From: Dehalococcoidia bacterium
GTDB taxonomy: Bacteria; Chloroflexota; Dehalococcoidia; Lucifugimonadales; UBA3495
Reading direction: 5' to 3'
Assembly: GCA_965232835.1 (NCBI GenBank)
Contig: OZ247426.1
Location: forward strand, 392,509-456,508
Length of the DNA: 64,000 nucleotides
A model generated the notes under the pieces. It was not told where the DNA came from. It was given only the letters and a program-made list of their open reading frames with translations, and did not search any database. Within the stretch, counting starts at the first letter, position 1. Each line of letters begins with the position of its first letter. Of this stretch, positions 38,792 through 49,152 are shown one piece after another. Position numbers and translations under genes: made by a program.

Positions 38792-39460
38792 CTACCGCCA
38801 AGCGACGTCGTTTCTTCCCTTGTACAACGTCCTCGAGAAATTGGCGAATTCTACGTCCTGCTGCTCTTTCACGATAATCGAGTAGACCTCATCCGGCATG
38901 AGTTCAGTAAGAGCAGTGATGTCGGAAGCATCGGGAATCTCCATGCCGGGAGGAAGGGGGATGTCCTCCGGCTTGAAGTTGCCTGAGGGGTCGTAGACCT
39001 GCCACGTCTGGGTCGCCCTTTTCAAAAAGGCGACGAACAGCAGGTTGTCGCCCAGAGGCGCGAGATCGACCGCTATGGGAAGTTCCGGCTCCTCTGTCGG
39101 TTCCGGTGTTGGCTCGGGCGTGTTGGTCGGCAGAGTGGTCGGCTCGGGCGTGGGGGTGTCCGTTGGCGCTACCGTGGGCTCGGGCACCTGTGTCGGCTCC
39201 GGTGCCTCGGTCGGCTCGGCTGTGGGCGGCGCAGGCGGCTCCGTCGGCTCGGGAACTGCGGTAGGTTCGGGTGTACCGGTTGGCGCCGCCGTCGGTTCGG
39301 GTGCATCGGTCTGCGGCGGGGCAACTGTTGGCTCTGCAGTCGGCTGGGTCGTCGGTTCTGCCGGGGGCGGGGTGGCTGTGGATTCGGCAGTCTCGCCCCC
39401 GCAGGCGAGAATCCCGACAGTTATCAGGCCAATGAATACCAGGAGCGCGAGTGATTTCAT
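38792..39460 (-). CDS. Lipoprotein with a long Pro/Thr/Glu tandem-repeat linker and a small C-terminal domain
   Basis: Lipobox ILAC, many EPT repeats, C-terminal LAPLGDNL...W-x2-YDP...LYKGRNDVAW. Confidence 0.8.
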   Translation of the reverse strand: MKSLALLVFIGLITVGILACGGETAESTATPPPAEPTTQPTAEPTVAPPQTDAPEPTAAPTGTPEPTAVPEPTEPPAPPTAEPTEAPEPTQVPEPTVAPTDTPTPEPTTLPTNTPEPTPEPTEEPELPIAVDLAPLGDNLLFVAFLKRATQTWQVYDPSGNFKPEDIPLPPGMEIPDASDITALTELMPDEVYSIIVKEQQDVEFANFSRTLYKGRNDVAWR

Positions 39461-39496
39461 GATTCCTCTGTGTGGTGGTGGGAATTCCGGGCTCTG

Positions 39497-40522
39497 CTAT
39501 CGGTCGGAAAGGCCCATTTTTTCATAGACTTCCTCGATGGTACGGATGGCGATAGCCCGTGCCTTCTTGCCACCCTCGTCGAGGATCTCGCGGACGTAGC
39601 CCGGCCGGGACTCGTACTCCCGGCGCCGTTCCCGCATGGGCTTAAGGAACTCGTTGATGCTGCCGGCGAGCTGGCGTTTGCAGTCGACGCATCCGCGGGC
39701 CGCCGTGGTGCATTCACTGTAGACCGTGCTCACATCTGACGCAGCACCGAACATCTGGTGCATGGAGTACACGTTGCAGACCTCGGGCCGCCCGGGGATG
39801 TTCCGAGTGGTGCGCTGCGGGTCGGTGAAGGCCGTCATTACCCGCTTGGTTGTGTCCTCGGTACTGGCAGCCAGGTCCAGGTGGTTGTCCAGGGTCTTCG
39901 ACATCTTGGCCTGTCCGTCCAGGCCCACCAGCAGGGGCGCCTCGGTGAGCTTCACCTGCGGCTCCGGGAAGGTGTCTCCGAAAGTGCTGTTGAACCGGCG
40001 GGCTATCTCCCGCGACAGCTCGATGTGCGGTATCTGGTCCTGTCCGACTGGAACGGTGTCCGCCTTGTACAGGATGATGTCGGCCGTCTGGAGCACCGGG
40101 TAGCCGACGAGGCCGTAGTTGACGGTCTCCTCGGTCTCGTCCATCTGCCGCACCTTCTCTTTGAAAGTGGGGACGCGCATCAGCCAGCCGAGGGGGGTGA
40201 CCATGCTCAACAGCGTGTGGAGCGTCATGACCTCGGGCACGTGGGACTGGACGAACACGATACTCCGCTCCGGGTCGATGCCAGCGGCCAGCCAGTCCAG
40301 GATCATGTCCTCGATGTTGGATTGGATGGCGTCCGTGTCAGCCCGTGATTCCACCGTCGTGAGGGCGTGGATGTCCACGGCACAGTAGATGCAGTCGTAT
40401 TCGTCTTGCAGAGCGACCCAGTTCTGGAGTGCTCCGATGTAGTTGCCAAGGTGCAGCAGGCCGGTGGGTCGCATCCCGGAGAATATGACGCCTCGCCTAC
40501 TGCCGTTGCTGTCTGAGGCCAT
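39497..40522 (-). CDS. trpS: Tryptophan--tRNA ligase
   Basis: SGMRPTG-x-LHLGNY, YPVLQTADI, VPVGQDQ and KMSKT motifs. Confidence 0.97.
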   Translation of the reverse strand: MASDSNGSRRGVIFSGMRPTGLLHLGNYIGALQNWVALQDEYDCIYCAVDIHALTTVESRADTDAIQSNIEDMILDWLAAGIDPERSIVFVQSHVPEVMTLHTLLSMVTPLGWLMRVPTFKEKVRQMDETEETVNYGLVGYPVLQTADIILYKADTVPVGQDQIPHIELSREIARRFNSTFGDTFPEPQVKLTEAPLLVGLDGQAKMSKTLDNHLDLAASTEDTTKRVMTAFTDPQRTTRNIPGRPEVCNVYSMHQMFGAASDVSTVYSECTTAARGCVDCKRQLAGSINEFLKPMRERRREYESRPGYVREILDEGGKKARAIAIRTIEEVYEKMGLSDR

Positions 40523-40641
40523 AAGTCCTGTCCAAAATCAGAATCGATAAACAGCGGAAGCCGCATTCAATCTTACACCACGCCAGATAGGGTGCAAGTA
40601 CACCCTTCCGAAGGTGCCAGGGCCAGTCTCTCTTGCAGAAA

Positions 40642-41364
40642 CTATGCGGACTGAACGTCGGTCCACTTGAAGTGCTTGGAAATAAGCCGGTAGAAGCCCC
40701 AGCCGAAATTGCGGGCGTGCACGGCCCCATAGGCCTGCCAGCGGTCAAGCTCAGCCTGCGCCTCCGGGTGGATCCGGTCGCCGGGGACCAGGGTGGGCAG
40801 AATCTCCTCGCTGTCGCACTCGTAAATTGCCAGATACCTGGGGCCCGTATTGAAGCCGGCGAGGGCTGGGTGATCCAGGATGCGAAAGCGGGCCCCACGG
40901 GCATAGCCGGGCACGTTGAGTACACCGGGCAGGTGAGACTCGGTGTACCAGCGGTCCCACTCTGCCTCGTGAGCGGGATCAACGTCGGCGCTCACGATGC
41001 TGAGCGGCGTGTCGGACAGCAACAGCGGGTCTCGCAGTGGCGCGCCGCTGATCTGCTCGTAGACGTTGGCCACGTGGTCGCTCATGCCCTCCAGCGTGCT
41101 GAATACCGAAAATTCGGATGACGCGATTGGGTGCAGGTCCGGCCCGCCGAACTGGAGCATCGAGGGCAGGTCGTCGGCACTTCGGATGCCATAGAGCGCC
41201 GTGAACCGGTTGCTTCCATCGAGGTTCACATATCTCTGGGCCCACTGGTAACCCGGAATGCGCAACAGGTTGGGCAGGTGGCTGTTGTACCAGGTAGTGA
41301 ACGGATCGAGATGTTCCTTTGCGCAGGTCATCTGAACCATGAGCAGGAGCTGACTGTCAGCCAT
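40642..41364 (-). CDS. Tandem EthD/DUF4286-like dimeric alpha-beta barrel protein
   Basis: Two repeats of W-Y-x3-H-L-P-x2-L-x2-PG-Y...A-x-Y. Confidence 0.7.
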   Translation of the reverse strand: MADSQLLLMVQMTCAKEHLDPFTTWYNSHLPNLLRIPGYQWAQRYVNLDGSNRFTALYGIRSADDLPSMLQFGGPDLHPIASSEFSVFSTLEGMSDHVANVYEQISGAPLRDPLLLSDTPLSIVSADVDPAHEAEWDRWYTESHLPGVLNVPGYARGARFRILDHPALAGFNTGPRYLAIYECDSEEILPTLVPGDRIHPEAQAELDRWQAYGAVHARNFGWGFYRLISKHFKWTDVQSA

Positions 41365-41935
41365 TGCCTGCCTCCCGGGCCGCCAGGCCTTCCAGCAGGC
41401 CGCCGCTGAATCCCGGGTCCTCCAGGCCTCGCTGCATGCCCCGCAAGTAAGCGATCTGCCCGCCGTGCTGGTTGAATTCCCACAGTAGTTGCTGGCACAT
41501 GTTGGCCAGGGTCATGGTGCCCCCTCGCGGATTTTGGACCTCCATTCCGTCGAATGCCGGGTCGTCGACCGAGTCCAGGTAACCGTTGGCTGCCTCCAAA
41601 GTCGCCGCGGCATATTCCAGCAGGCCCGCGGCGTTGGGAACCCCGAAGGACGCCAGTTGTTCGGGGCCGTACCCGTAGCCCGTATCGTCGGTGCCGATGT
41701 CCTGCTGGCCCAGTCGCTGGGCCCATCCCTGCTCCCACAGCTGCGGGACATCCTGGAGTCGCGAGTGGACCCAGCGGTCCAGAGTCCTGCCGTAATGCCA
41801 TACCAGGAAACCTATGGATGAGCATTCGGGAGTCGGCATCCACGCCAGTTCCTCCTCGGACAGGCCGCTGACGGAACGGACCATGGCGTTGTAGTGGTGC
41901 TCCAGGCATCCCTTTACGAATTCGCTCAGTTGCAT
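41357..41935 (-). CDS. DinB/YfiT-family protein
   Basis: GLSEEEL-x-W, SIGFLVWH and QHGGQIAYLR motifs. Confidence 0.82.
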   Translation of the reverse strand: MQLSEFVKGCLEHHYNAMVRSVSGLSEEELAWMPTPECSSIGFLVWHYGRTLDRWVHSRLQDVPQLWEQGWAQRLGQQDIGTDDTGYGYGPEQLASFGVPNAAGLLEYAAATLEAANGYLDSVDDPAFDGMEVQNPRGGTMTLANMCQQLLWEFNQHGGQIAYLRGMQRGLEDPGFSGGLLEGLAAREAGNG

Positions 41936-42070
41936 TCTATTTCTCACTGCGGCCGTAATTTGAACCGTTTGCATGCCAGTTATGTTGGGGTGCAAAAGCA
42001 ACGGCCACGCTGGTCAAGGCGTGGCCGGGCATGTTTTCTGATGGCACAGTCGGATTGGATACGCGACGGA

Positions 42071-42991
42071 TTACTCGTCCTGCTCCGGATCGCCGTCCAG
42101 CCGGTCGCCGAGTTCGCTGAGAAAGGCCTCAATCTCCGGTGACAATGCTGGCGCCGGGCTGCCGCTTTCCTCCGAGGTTGCCTGGGCCTCGGCGGTAAGC
42201 TGGGAGTCGTAATACTGTTCCATCTGCTGGATGAGGGTCTTCAGTTCTGAGTTCCGGTCGACGGAGGCGTTCAACTCCCGGTATTGACGCTGGCCACGGC
42301 GCACCGGAGCCAGGTCGGCGGGTATGTTGTCGTACACCGATGAAAGGACCTCAATCATTCGCGATGTTCCAGCATAGTCCTCTTCCAGCTGGACATACTG
42401 GGGAAGGTGGACCATGAAGTTGATGGTCTCGATGCTTTCCTTCTCTATTCCCTCGGAGAGAAGGTTCATTATGGTGGTCGGACCCTGGTATGTGCTCTGC
42501 GACAGCTTGAAATTGGGTACCGTCCGTTTCTGCTCCACCTCGCCCAACGAACCCGTGACCAGCAGCGGACGGGTGTGGGGTACGGCGTCGTACATCGCCC
42601 CGACACGGCAGTAACGCTTGACGCCGAAATACTTCACCACCTCCATAATGGAGTCGGTGTAGTCTTCGCCGTTGGAGTGAGGCTCCAGCAGGTGGAAGAA
42701 AAGATAGTCCGGGCCGTTTTCCGTGGTGGCATACCGGATGGTGCTGTTGGGGATCTTGACCTGCCGTGCCCCGTCTACCAGGCGCATATTGGGCCGGTAG
42801 CGGGTGAAGTCGAAAAATGTCCCGGGTCGGTGCAGCCGACCAAGCTCCTTCGACCCCATGAATCGTTCCAGCCGATTGAGGGTCAGGGTGCCCACGCTGC
42901 CCACGTCCACCCACGGGCGGATCATGGCGAACACGTGCGGGTCCTTCAGTTCAGGAACCGGATCTGTTAATTCAAATGCCCCTACTCGCAT
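42071..42991 (-). CDS. PAC2 (proteasome assembly chaperone-like) family protein
   Basis: PWVDVG, FFDFTRYRP, EPH, VPHTRP, YQGPT and LPQY motifs. Confidence 0.85.
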   Translation of the reverse strand: MRVGAFELTDPVPELKDPHVFAMIRPWVDVGSVGTLTLNRLERFMGSKELGRLHRPGTFFDFTRYRPNMRLVDGARQVKIPNSTIRYATTENGPDYLFFHLLEPHSNGEDYTDSIMEVVKYFGVKRYCRVGAMYDAVPHTRPLLVTGSLGEVEQKRTVPNFKLSQSTYQGPTTIMNLLSEGIEKESIETINFMVHLPQYVQLEEDYAGTSRMIEVLSSVYDNIPADLAPVRRGQRQYRELNASVDRNSELKTLIQQMEQYYDSQLTAEAQATSEESGSPAPALSPEIEAFLSELGDRLDGDPEQDE

Positions 42992-43060
42992 AGCCTCATA
43001 TTGCCAGAATGACTCTTGCTTTTCAAGTCTGGACTGTCAGGCCTTCCCTCAGGAAAGGCC

Positions 43061-43828
43061 CTATTGCTGGCGCAGGAGCGAGTCCGCGGACCCCAGTCCT
43101 TCAAGCGCCAGACCATACCCCAGGAGGTCCTGCATCAGTCGTTTGATGTACTGCGTGGTAGCGACCCTGGTGTAACGCAGCACCAGGTCGGACTTTTCGG
43201 CAAGTTGCTCTGCCAACTCCCAGGCCCTGGCAACCAGGACATCCTGCGCCATCACCTCGCCAACGAGGCCGAGGTTGAGCGCTTCCTGGGCTCCTATGGA
43301 CTGGCCCGTAAGCAGGAAATAGCGGCCCCGGTTGGCCCCCAGCAACATGGGATAGACGATGTGAACGCCGTCGCCGGGTACCAGGTTGCTCATGAAATGC
43401 CCCGAGTCCTGGAAGGCAGCAGTATCAGCCGCCAGCACTATGTCGCACAGCAGAGGGATCTCGGAGTGGCGCAGTGCGGGGCCGTTGACCGCCGCGATCA
43501 TCGGAACTTCGATGTCCAGCAGGTTGCCGAGGAGTTTCTTGCCCTCCCAGTAGGTGCTGTCCCATTGCTCGGGAGTGCGCTTGGGGGCGCCCGCCGCGGT
43601 TCCCTGGGGACCGGAGAAGGCGTCACCCGTTCCGGTCATGATGATCACCCGGTTCTCCCTGTCGCTGCCGACATCGGCAAAAGCGCGGGGGAATTCCTCG
43701 TGGGGTCCGCCGCCCCACTGTAGCGGTCCGCCGTTGGTGTGGAACGTCATCTGCAGAATTCCATTGCGGCGCTCGAACCGGATATTTTGGTAGTTGTTCG
43801 CGTACTGGTCCAGCGTGGCCACAGTCAC
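43061..43828 (-). CDS. Crotonase-superfamily enzyme, 6-oxocamphor/beta-diketone hydrolase-like
   Basis: HTNGGPLQW...H, AVNGP and FQDSGHF-x3-VPGDG motifs. Confidence 0.75.
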   Translation of the reverse strand: MTVATLDQYANNYQNIRFERRNGILQMTFHTNGGPLQWGGGPHEEFPRAFADVGSDRENRVIIMTGTGDAFSGPQGTAAGAPKRTPEQWDSTYWEGKKLLGNLLDIEVPMIAAVNGPALRHSEIPLLCDIVLAADTAAFQDSGHFMSNLVPGDGVHIVYPMLLGANRGRYFLLTGQSIGAQEALNLGLVGEVMAQDVLVARAWELAEQLAEKSDLVLRYTRVATTQYIKRLMQDLLGYGLALEGLGSADSLLRQQ

Positions 43829-44021
43829 CTCTCTGGGTTCGGGTTGGCGAGAGTCTATATCGGGAGAACGGGGTGGTCAACGAGCGTTACAGCGGTCAAG
43901 GGCTACCATCTGACCGGTTCGCTTGTTTTGATTTGCGGATTGAATTTGCCGGAAATGCTCGAACAAGTAAAGGGCGCCCTGGATGGGCGCCCCTCAGAGT
44001 TTCCTTCGCGGTGGACGGTGA

Positions 44022-44672
44022 CTACTCGCTGGTGGCCATCTCCACTTCCATGTCCTGCTCCCTCTGGACCACCGTGGTCTTGAGGAAGGTGGCCGGCTTG
44101 ATCCCGGGCTTTTCCTTGGCGTTGACGTGTTCCAGCACGAAGTCCGAAACGTCGCGATGCAGGGCGTCGTGCATGTTGCAGTTCTTGAGCAGGTCGAAGC
44201 CGGGGTCCATTTCCTCCAGCATGTGCTGGACCCTGGACTCACCGTGGCGGGCGGCCAGAGCGTATGCCAGGCCCCGCGGGTCGCGGTCGTACTGGCGCTG
44301 CTCCTCGCCAACCTCCTCCAGCTCGATGTCATAATCGACGCGGTCGACGACGGCCAGCGCCTCGGCGGCGCGGCGGCGGCGGCTCTTGACGTCTTTCATG
44401 GCAGCGAACAGGGCGGCGACGGCCTGGGACGCGTTGTTCAGCAGATCAGGGATCTCTTCCTGCCTGGTGCTGGCCGATTCCACCATTTGCTGGGCCTCGT
44501 CAAGGCACTGTTCCCGGCGGTGGAGGCTGTCCTCGAACTTCATGGCCCGCTCCTGTCTGGTCCGCAGCTCGGGAGCCTCTTCGGCGAGGGGCTGCAGGCG
44601 CGCCAACTCCCGCTCCGCCATCTCGGCCTGCTTGAGCCGCTGTTGCATGGATTCGTCGAACTCTATGGGCAT
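44022..44672 (-). CDS. Hypothetical coiled-coil protein
   Basis: AGGAG RBS, host-like codon usage, E/Q/R/A-rich helical sequence. Confidence 0.7.
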   Translation of the reverse strand: MPIEFDESMQQRLKQAEMAERELARLQPLAEEAPELRTRQERAMKFEDSLHRREQCLDEAQQMVESASTRQEEIPDLLNNASQAVAALFAAMKDVKSRRRRAAEALAVVDRVDYDIELEEVGEEQRQYDRDPRGLAYALAARHGESRVQHMLEEMDPGFDLLKNCNMHDALHRDVSDFVLEHVNAKEKPGIKPATFLKTTVVQREQDMEVEMATSE

Positions 44673-45302
44673 GGCAATCTCTCCTCAGACTAAGATGTTC
44701 TATGGAAGGCGCACGTTACAGTCCAATGGCAAAATAAACAGAAAAATGAGCCAATGGCCTGCCTGGTTCTGCTCCCGGGCTCGATGCAACGGGCTGATTG
44801 GCTGAGGTCCCCGGTCTGAGGCAGCCTGGAATCGCGAGCCCCCGGGCTGAAACGGCGTTTGGCCGTTCTATACGCTTACCCCCATGTCTTCTATTGAGGC
44901 CCCGGCTCTTTTGGCTGTCGGGGCAAGTTGGGCCGAAACCTGGCGATCCGGCGCGATGTCCGCCCTGAGGGCGGTAAATAGTGCGTAACGGTCATCCCGT
45001 TGCGTTATCTAATATAACCCCACCCACCTTGCCATTACATTCATCTGAGATGCAATTTTCACCCAATTTTTAGAAAAAGAAAAATTCGGTACGGTTGCAT
45101 CACTGTGGCAGATGCAGTTTGCCGTTGCCCGTGCTCCCATGGGTCTGCCGGCGGGTGTATTCTGGACAACGGAATCTGAATCGCTCCAGTCAGGCAGTCA
45201 ATTGTCCCGAATCGGCCTGCCCGAGGCACTGTAAGCCAAACGTAAAGGCAGGCTATCGAGGTTACGAGACCGGCAGAAACCCACTGTTTCAGGAGGGAGG
45301 CC

Positions 45303-46430
45303 ATGCCGCGGGCAGCGTTTGTATACGATGATCTGATGTCGCAGCACGAGCTGAGAGGAGACCATCCCATGCGCCCGGTCAGGTTGCGCTACACGTACGA
45401 ACTGCTGCGGGGCTATGACGCTTTCGAACATGAAAACGCCGTTCTGGTCAGCCCGCGGGCTGCGGTCGAGGATGAGCTCGGCTGGTTGCATACACCGCAG
45501 TACATTGAGGCAGTGAGGCGCCTGAGCGCAGGAGAGGGGACCCAGGAGGCGCAGAGGTTCAACTTCAGCCTCCAGGGGGACAACCCGTATTACACGGGAA
45601 TGTACGAGGCCGCGACCCTGAGTTCGGGCGCCACTCTCCTCGCCGCGGAAATGATTGCCAACAGGTCTGTCGACGTCGCCTTCAACATCTCCGGAGGGCT
45701 GCACCACGCGGCGGCGGGCCATGCCTCCGGGTTCTGCGTCTTTAATGATCCAGCCCTGGCCGTCCATTACTTTCTCCGCCGGGGCATGCGAGTGGTGTAC
45801 ATAGATGTCGACGCTCACCACGGCGATGGTGTGCAGGATGCCTTCTTCGACGACGATAGGGTGCTGACTATTTCGGTGCACGAGTCGGGCAGATACCTGT
45901 TCCCCGGTACCGGATTTGTCGGCGAACAGGGACAGGGGCGAGGCAGGGGGTATTCGGTAAACCTGCCGCTGTTCCCATACACCGGGGACGATGTGTACCT
46001 GGACGCCTTCAAGCAGATCGTTCCGCCACTGGTCCGGGCCTTCGCTCCGGACGTGCTGGTCACGCAGCTGGGGATCGACAGCTATCATTCGGATCCCCTT
46101 ACGCATCTGCAATTGACCACGATGGGATTCGTGGAGGTGATACGTGAGTTCGCGGGCCTCGGCCTGCCCTGGCTGGCGACGGGCGGGGGCGGCTACGATC
46201 TGATGGCGGTAGCAAGGGCCTGGACTCTGGCATACGGCGTAATGCTTGGAGAGGAGTGGCCGGACGCGCTACCGAGGGATTTTGCGCTGGAACACGGGAT
46301 TGGCCATCTCAGGGACAGCGGATCACCGGAGGTTCCGGCGAACCTGCGGCTCGACATTCGGCGCCATGCCGGAGAGACGGTGTCCGCCCTGAAGGGACAG
46401 GTGTTTCCTGTCCATGGCGCAACTGCCTGA
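45303..46430 (+). CDS. acuC: Zn-dependent deacetylase (AcuC/HDAC family)
   Basis: HPMRPVR, GGLHHA, SGFCVFND, DVDAHHGDG and GGGGY motifs. Confidence 0.88.
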   Translation: MPRAAFVYDDLMSQHELRGDHPMRPVRLRYTYELLRGYDAFEHENAVLVSPRAAVEDELGWLHTPQYIEAVRRLSAGEGTQEAQRFNFSLQGDNPYYTGMYEAATLSSGATLLAAEMIANRSVDVAFNISGGLHHAAAGHASGFCVFNDPALAVHYFLRRGMRVVYIDVDAHHGDGVQDAFFDDDRVLTISVHESGRYLFPGTGFVGEQGQGRGRGYSVNLPLFPYTGDDVYLDAFKQIVPPLVRAFAPDVLVTQLGIDSYHSDPLTHLQLTTMGFVEVIREFAGLGLPWLATGGGGYDLMAVARAWTLAYGVMLGEEWPDALPRDFALEHGIGHLRDSGSPEVPANLRLDIRRHAGETVSALKGQVFPVHGATA

Positions 46431-46519
46431 CGAGATTTCAGGTGACCGCTGCTGCTGGCAGTTCCCGGCAATCCCGAAGCGCTGAAGGGCAGCACATTGC
46501 GCGATTCCGAAGCAAAGCA

Positions 46520-46545
46520 ATAGCCCTCCCAAGTAGGAGGGCTAT
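46520..46545. terminator. Hairpin between convergent genes
   Basis: ATAGCCCTCC-N6-GGAGGGCTAT. Confidence 0.55.
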
Positions 46546-46597
46546 CCTCAAGACCAGGCTATTAATCGGGAAGTCTTGGCAGAATTAGCAGGTTCTG

Positions 46598-46915
46598 CTA
46601 CACGCGCTGCTGGGGATGAATCAGGTCCTTGGCCTCGTCACCCACGCTGGCCTCGATACAGTCGCGCAGAGTAGAGAATATTGACTTGTTGATGGCTGAC
46701 ATCAACCATTCCTCGTGGTCGGCATCTACCTGGTAGCGGTCCTTCAGACTAATCAAACGCTGCATCAGGCTCAGGTAGTGGTACTGCAGGGGAGTCAGAT
46801 CGCGGTGCACTCCATCCACCCGCCACTCACTGATGTCCGGCGTTCCTATAACCGGGGTAAATTCGCCTTCGGAACCCAGTACTTCTTGGTCTGCATGTTC
46901 TGGTTGCGCGTTCAT
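46598..46915 (-). CDS. Hypothetical protein
   Basis: GGAG RBS, plausible globular sequence, fills the gap downstream of dnaK. Confidence 0.6.
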   Translation of the reverse strand: MNAQPEHADQEVLGSEGEFTPVIGTPDISEWRVDGVHRDLTPLQYHYLSLMQRLISLKDRYQVDADHEEWLMSAINKSIFSTLRDCIEASVGDEAKDLIHPQQRV

Positions 46916-47085
46916 GATGAACTCCGTCCGCTCTCAACCAAAGGGTTACCCAGATGATTGCGTGCGTTTGATTTATTCGCCCTACGGGTCGACTAAAGCC
47001 CAATTATATCAGAGCGTGAAAATTGACGTAATCGTTTGAGAGACTGCCTGGCGTTCGGTTTTGAAAGATCGTCGCTGTTTCGGAA

Positions 47086-47119
47086 GGGGTGAGGGACGTT
47101 TCGGGAGACCCCTCACCCC
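47086..47119 (-). terminator. Hairpin downstream of dnaK
   Basis: GGGGTGAGGG...CCCTCACCCC. Confidence 0.5.
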
Positions 47120-47153
47120 GGTCTCAAGGTCTCAGCTGGGCGGGTTGCTCGCC

Positions 47154-49052
47154 CTATACCTCCCGGAACTCGCCCTCCACGGTCCCCGCGTCGTCGGGCG
47201 GGCCGTCCGTTGGGCCCCCGGGTCCGCCAGGGCCCGGCGCCGCAGCCTGGCTGTACACCACCTCGCCCAGCCTTTGCAGTGCCTCATTCAGCTCGTTGAT
47301 AGCCGTCTGCATCTCGGCGACGCTCCCCGAGGCCGACGCGGCGCGCAGAGCGTCGATCTTGGTCTGGACCTCGGCGCGCAGCTCCTGCGGCACCTTGTCG
47401 GCATTGTCGTTCAGCAGCTTTTCGGCCTGGTAGACCATGGAGTCGGCCTGGTTGCGGGTGTCGACCTCCTGGCGGCGCTGTTGGTCCTCTGCCTCATACT
47501 GCCGGGCCTCATCCACCATCCGGTCAATATCGGACTTGTCCATGCCCGACCCGGACTGTATCACGATGCTCTGGGCCTTCCCGGTACCCTTGTCCTGGGC
47601 CGAGACGCTCAGGATGCCGTTGGCATCGATGTCGAAAGTGACCTCAATCTGGGGAATCCCTCGGGGTGCCGGGACGATGCCATCCAGCTTGAACATGCCG
47701 ATGGACTTGTTGTCGCCGGCCATACTACGTTCGCCCTGCAGCACATGGATGTCCACGGCCGGCTGGCTATCGGCGGCGGTGGTGAACATCTCGTTCTTCT
47801 TGGTCGGGATCGTCGTGTTTCTTGGGATCAGGGTGGTCATCACGCCACCAAGTGTCTCCAGCCCTAGCGTCAAGGGGGTGACGTCCAGGAGGACGATGTC
47901 GCCAACCTCACCCGCCAGAACGCCGGCCTGGATCGCGGCACCCAAGGCCACCGCCTCGTCCGGGTTGACGTTGCGGTTGGGTTCCTTGCCGAATATCTCC
48001 TTGACCTTCTCTTGCACCGCCGGCATGCGGGACATGCCGCCCACCATAATTACCTCGTCAATCTGGCTGGTAGAAACGCCAGAATCAGCGATGGCCCGCT
48101 GGCACGGACCCGCCGTGCGGTCGATGAGGCCCCGGACCAGCTGCTCGAATCGCCCGCGGGTGAGCGATTTGACCAGGTGCTGCGGCCCGCTGGCGTCGGC
48201 GGTAATGAAGGGCAGGTTGATCTCCGTCTCGACCACGCTGGACAGCTCCACCTTGGCGCGCTCAGCGGCGTCCCGCAGCCTCTGCAGCGCCATGCGGTCG
48301 TTGGCCAGATCAATGCCGGTTTCGCGGCGGAACTCCGCGATCAGCCACTCCAGGATGGCCTGGTCGAAGTCGTCGCCGCCAAGGAACGTATCGCCATTGG
48401 TGGACTTGACCTCGAACACTCCGTCTCCCATCTGGAGGATCGTGATGTCGAAGGTGCCACCACCGAGGTCAAATACGGCAACGTTGGCATCAGTCCGGGT
48501 CTTGTCGAGGCCGTAGGCCAGGGATGAGGCTGTCGGCTCGTTGATGATGCGCAGCACGTCCAGCCCGGCTATGGTGCCGGCGTCCTTGGTGGCCTGGCGC
48601 TGAGAATCGTTGAAGTAGGCCGGCACTGTGATCACCGCCTGGGTGATGCGCTCTCCCAGCTTGGCCTCCGCGTCCTGCTTGATCTTAGCAAGCACAAAGG
48701 ACGATATCTGTGGCGGCGCGTAGTTCTGGTCGCCCATCCTGACGTGAGCGTCGCCGTTGTCAGACCTTACGACCTCGTAGGGCAGCTTGGTGGCAGCGTT
48801 CTGCACCTCGGCATCGTCAAACCTGCGTCCCATCAGCCGCTTGACGGAAAACAGGGTATTCTCAGGATTGGTGACCGCCTGGCGCTTCGCCACCTGTCCC
48901 ACGTACCGCTCACCGGTGCGGGTATTCAGCGCCACCACCGACGGGGTCAGTCGCGCGCCCTCGGCGTTCTCAACTACTCCCGGTTCGCCCGCTTCAATTA
49001 CTGCTGCTACCGAGTTGGTGGTTCCCAGGTCTATGCCCAAGACTTTAGGCAT
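47154..49052 (-). CDS. dnaK: Chaperone DnaK
   Basis: [25 protein letters not shown] and [11 protein letters not shown] motifs. Confidence 0.99.
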   Translation of the reverse strand: MPKVLGIDLGTTNSVAAVIEAGEPGVVENAEGARLTPSVVALNTRTGERYVGQVAKRQAVTNPENTLFSVKRLMGRRFDDAEVQNAATKLPYEVVRSDNGDAHVRMGDQNYAPPQISSFVLAKIKQDAEAKLGERITQAVITVPAYFNDSQRQATKDAGTIAGLDVLRIINEPTASSLAYGLDKTRTDANVAVFDLGGGTFDITILQMGDGVFEVKSTNGDTFLGGDDFDQAILEWLIAEFRRETGIDLANDRMALQRLRDAAERAKVELSSVVETEINLPFITADASGPQHLVKSLTRGRFEQLVRGLIDRTAGPCQRAIADSGVSTSQIDEVIMVGGMSRMPAVQEKVKEIFGKEPNRNVNPDEAVALGAAIQAGVLAGEVGDIVLLDVTPLTLGLETLGGVMTTLIPRNTTIPTKKNEMFTTAADSQPAVDIHVLQGERSMAGDNKSIGMFKLDGIVPAPRGIPQIEVTFDIDANGILSVSAQDKGTGKAQSIVIQSGSGMDKSDIDRMVDEARQYEAEDQQRRQEVDTRNQADSMVYQAEKLLNDNADKVPQELRAEVQTKIDALRAASASGSVAEMQTAINELNEALQRLGEVVYSQAAAPGPGGPGGPTDGPPDDAGTVEGEFREV

Positions 49053-49152
49053 GGTTGTTCTCCTTCATTCAAAACTCGTTCAAAACTGATTTATTCGCTA
49101 TGGATAGTGCCGATTGTTATGTATGTTGCGTTGCGCCTACCGGGGGGACCGG

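Noticed and set aside
39085-39380. Tandem GGCTC/GTCGG-rich repeats as a possible CRISPR or DNA-level array
   Set aside because: They are degenerate codon repeats of the EPT protein linker, with no constant repeat-spacer structure and no cas genes.
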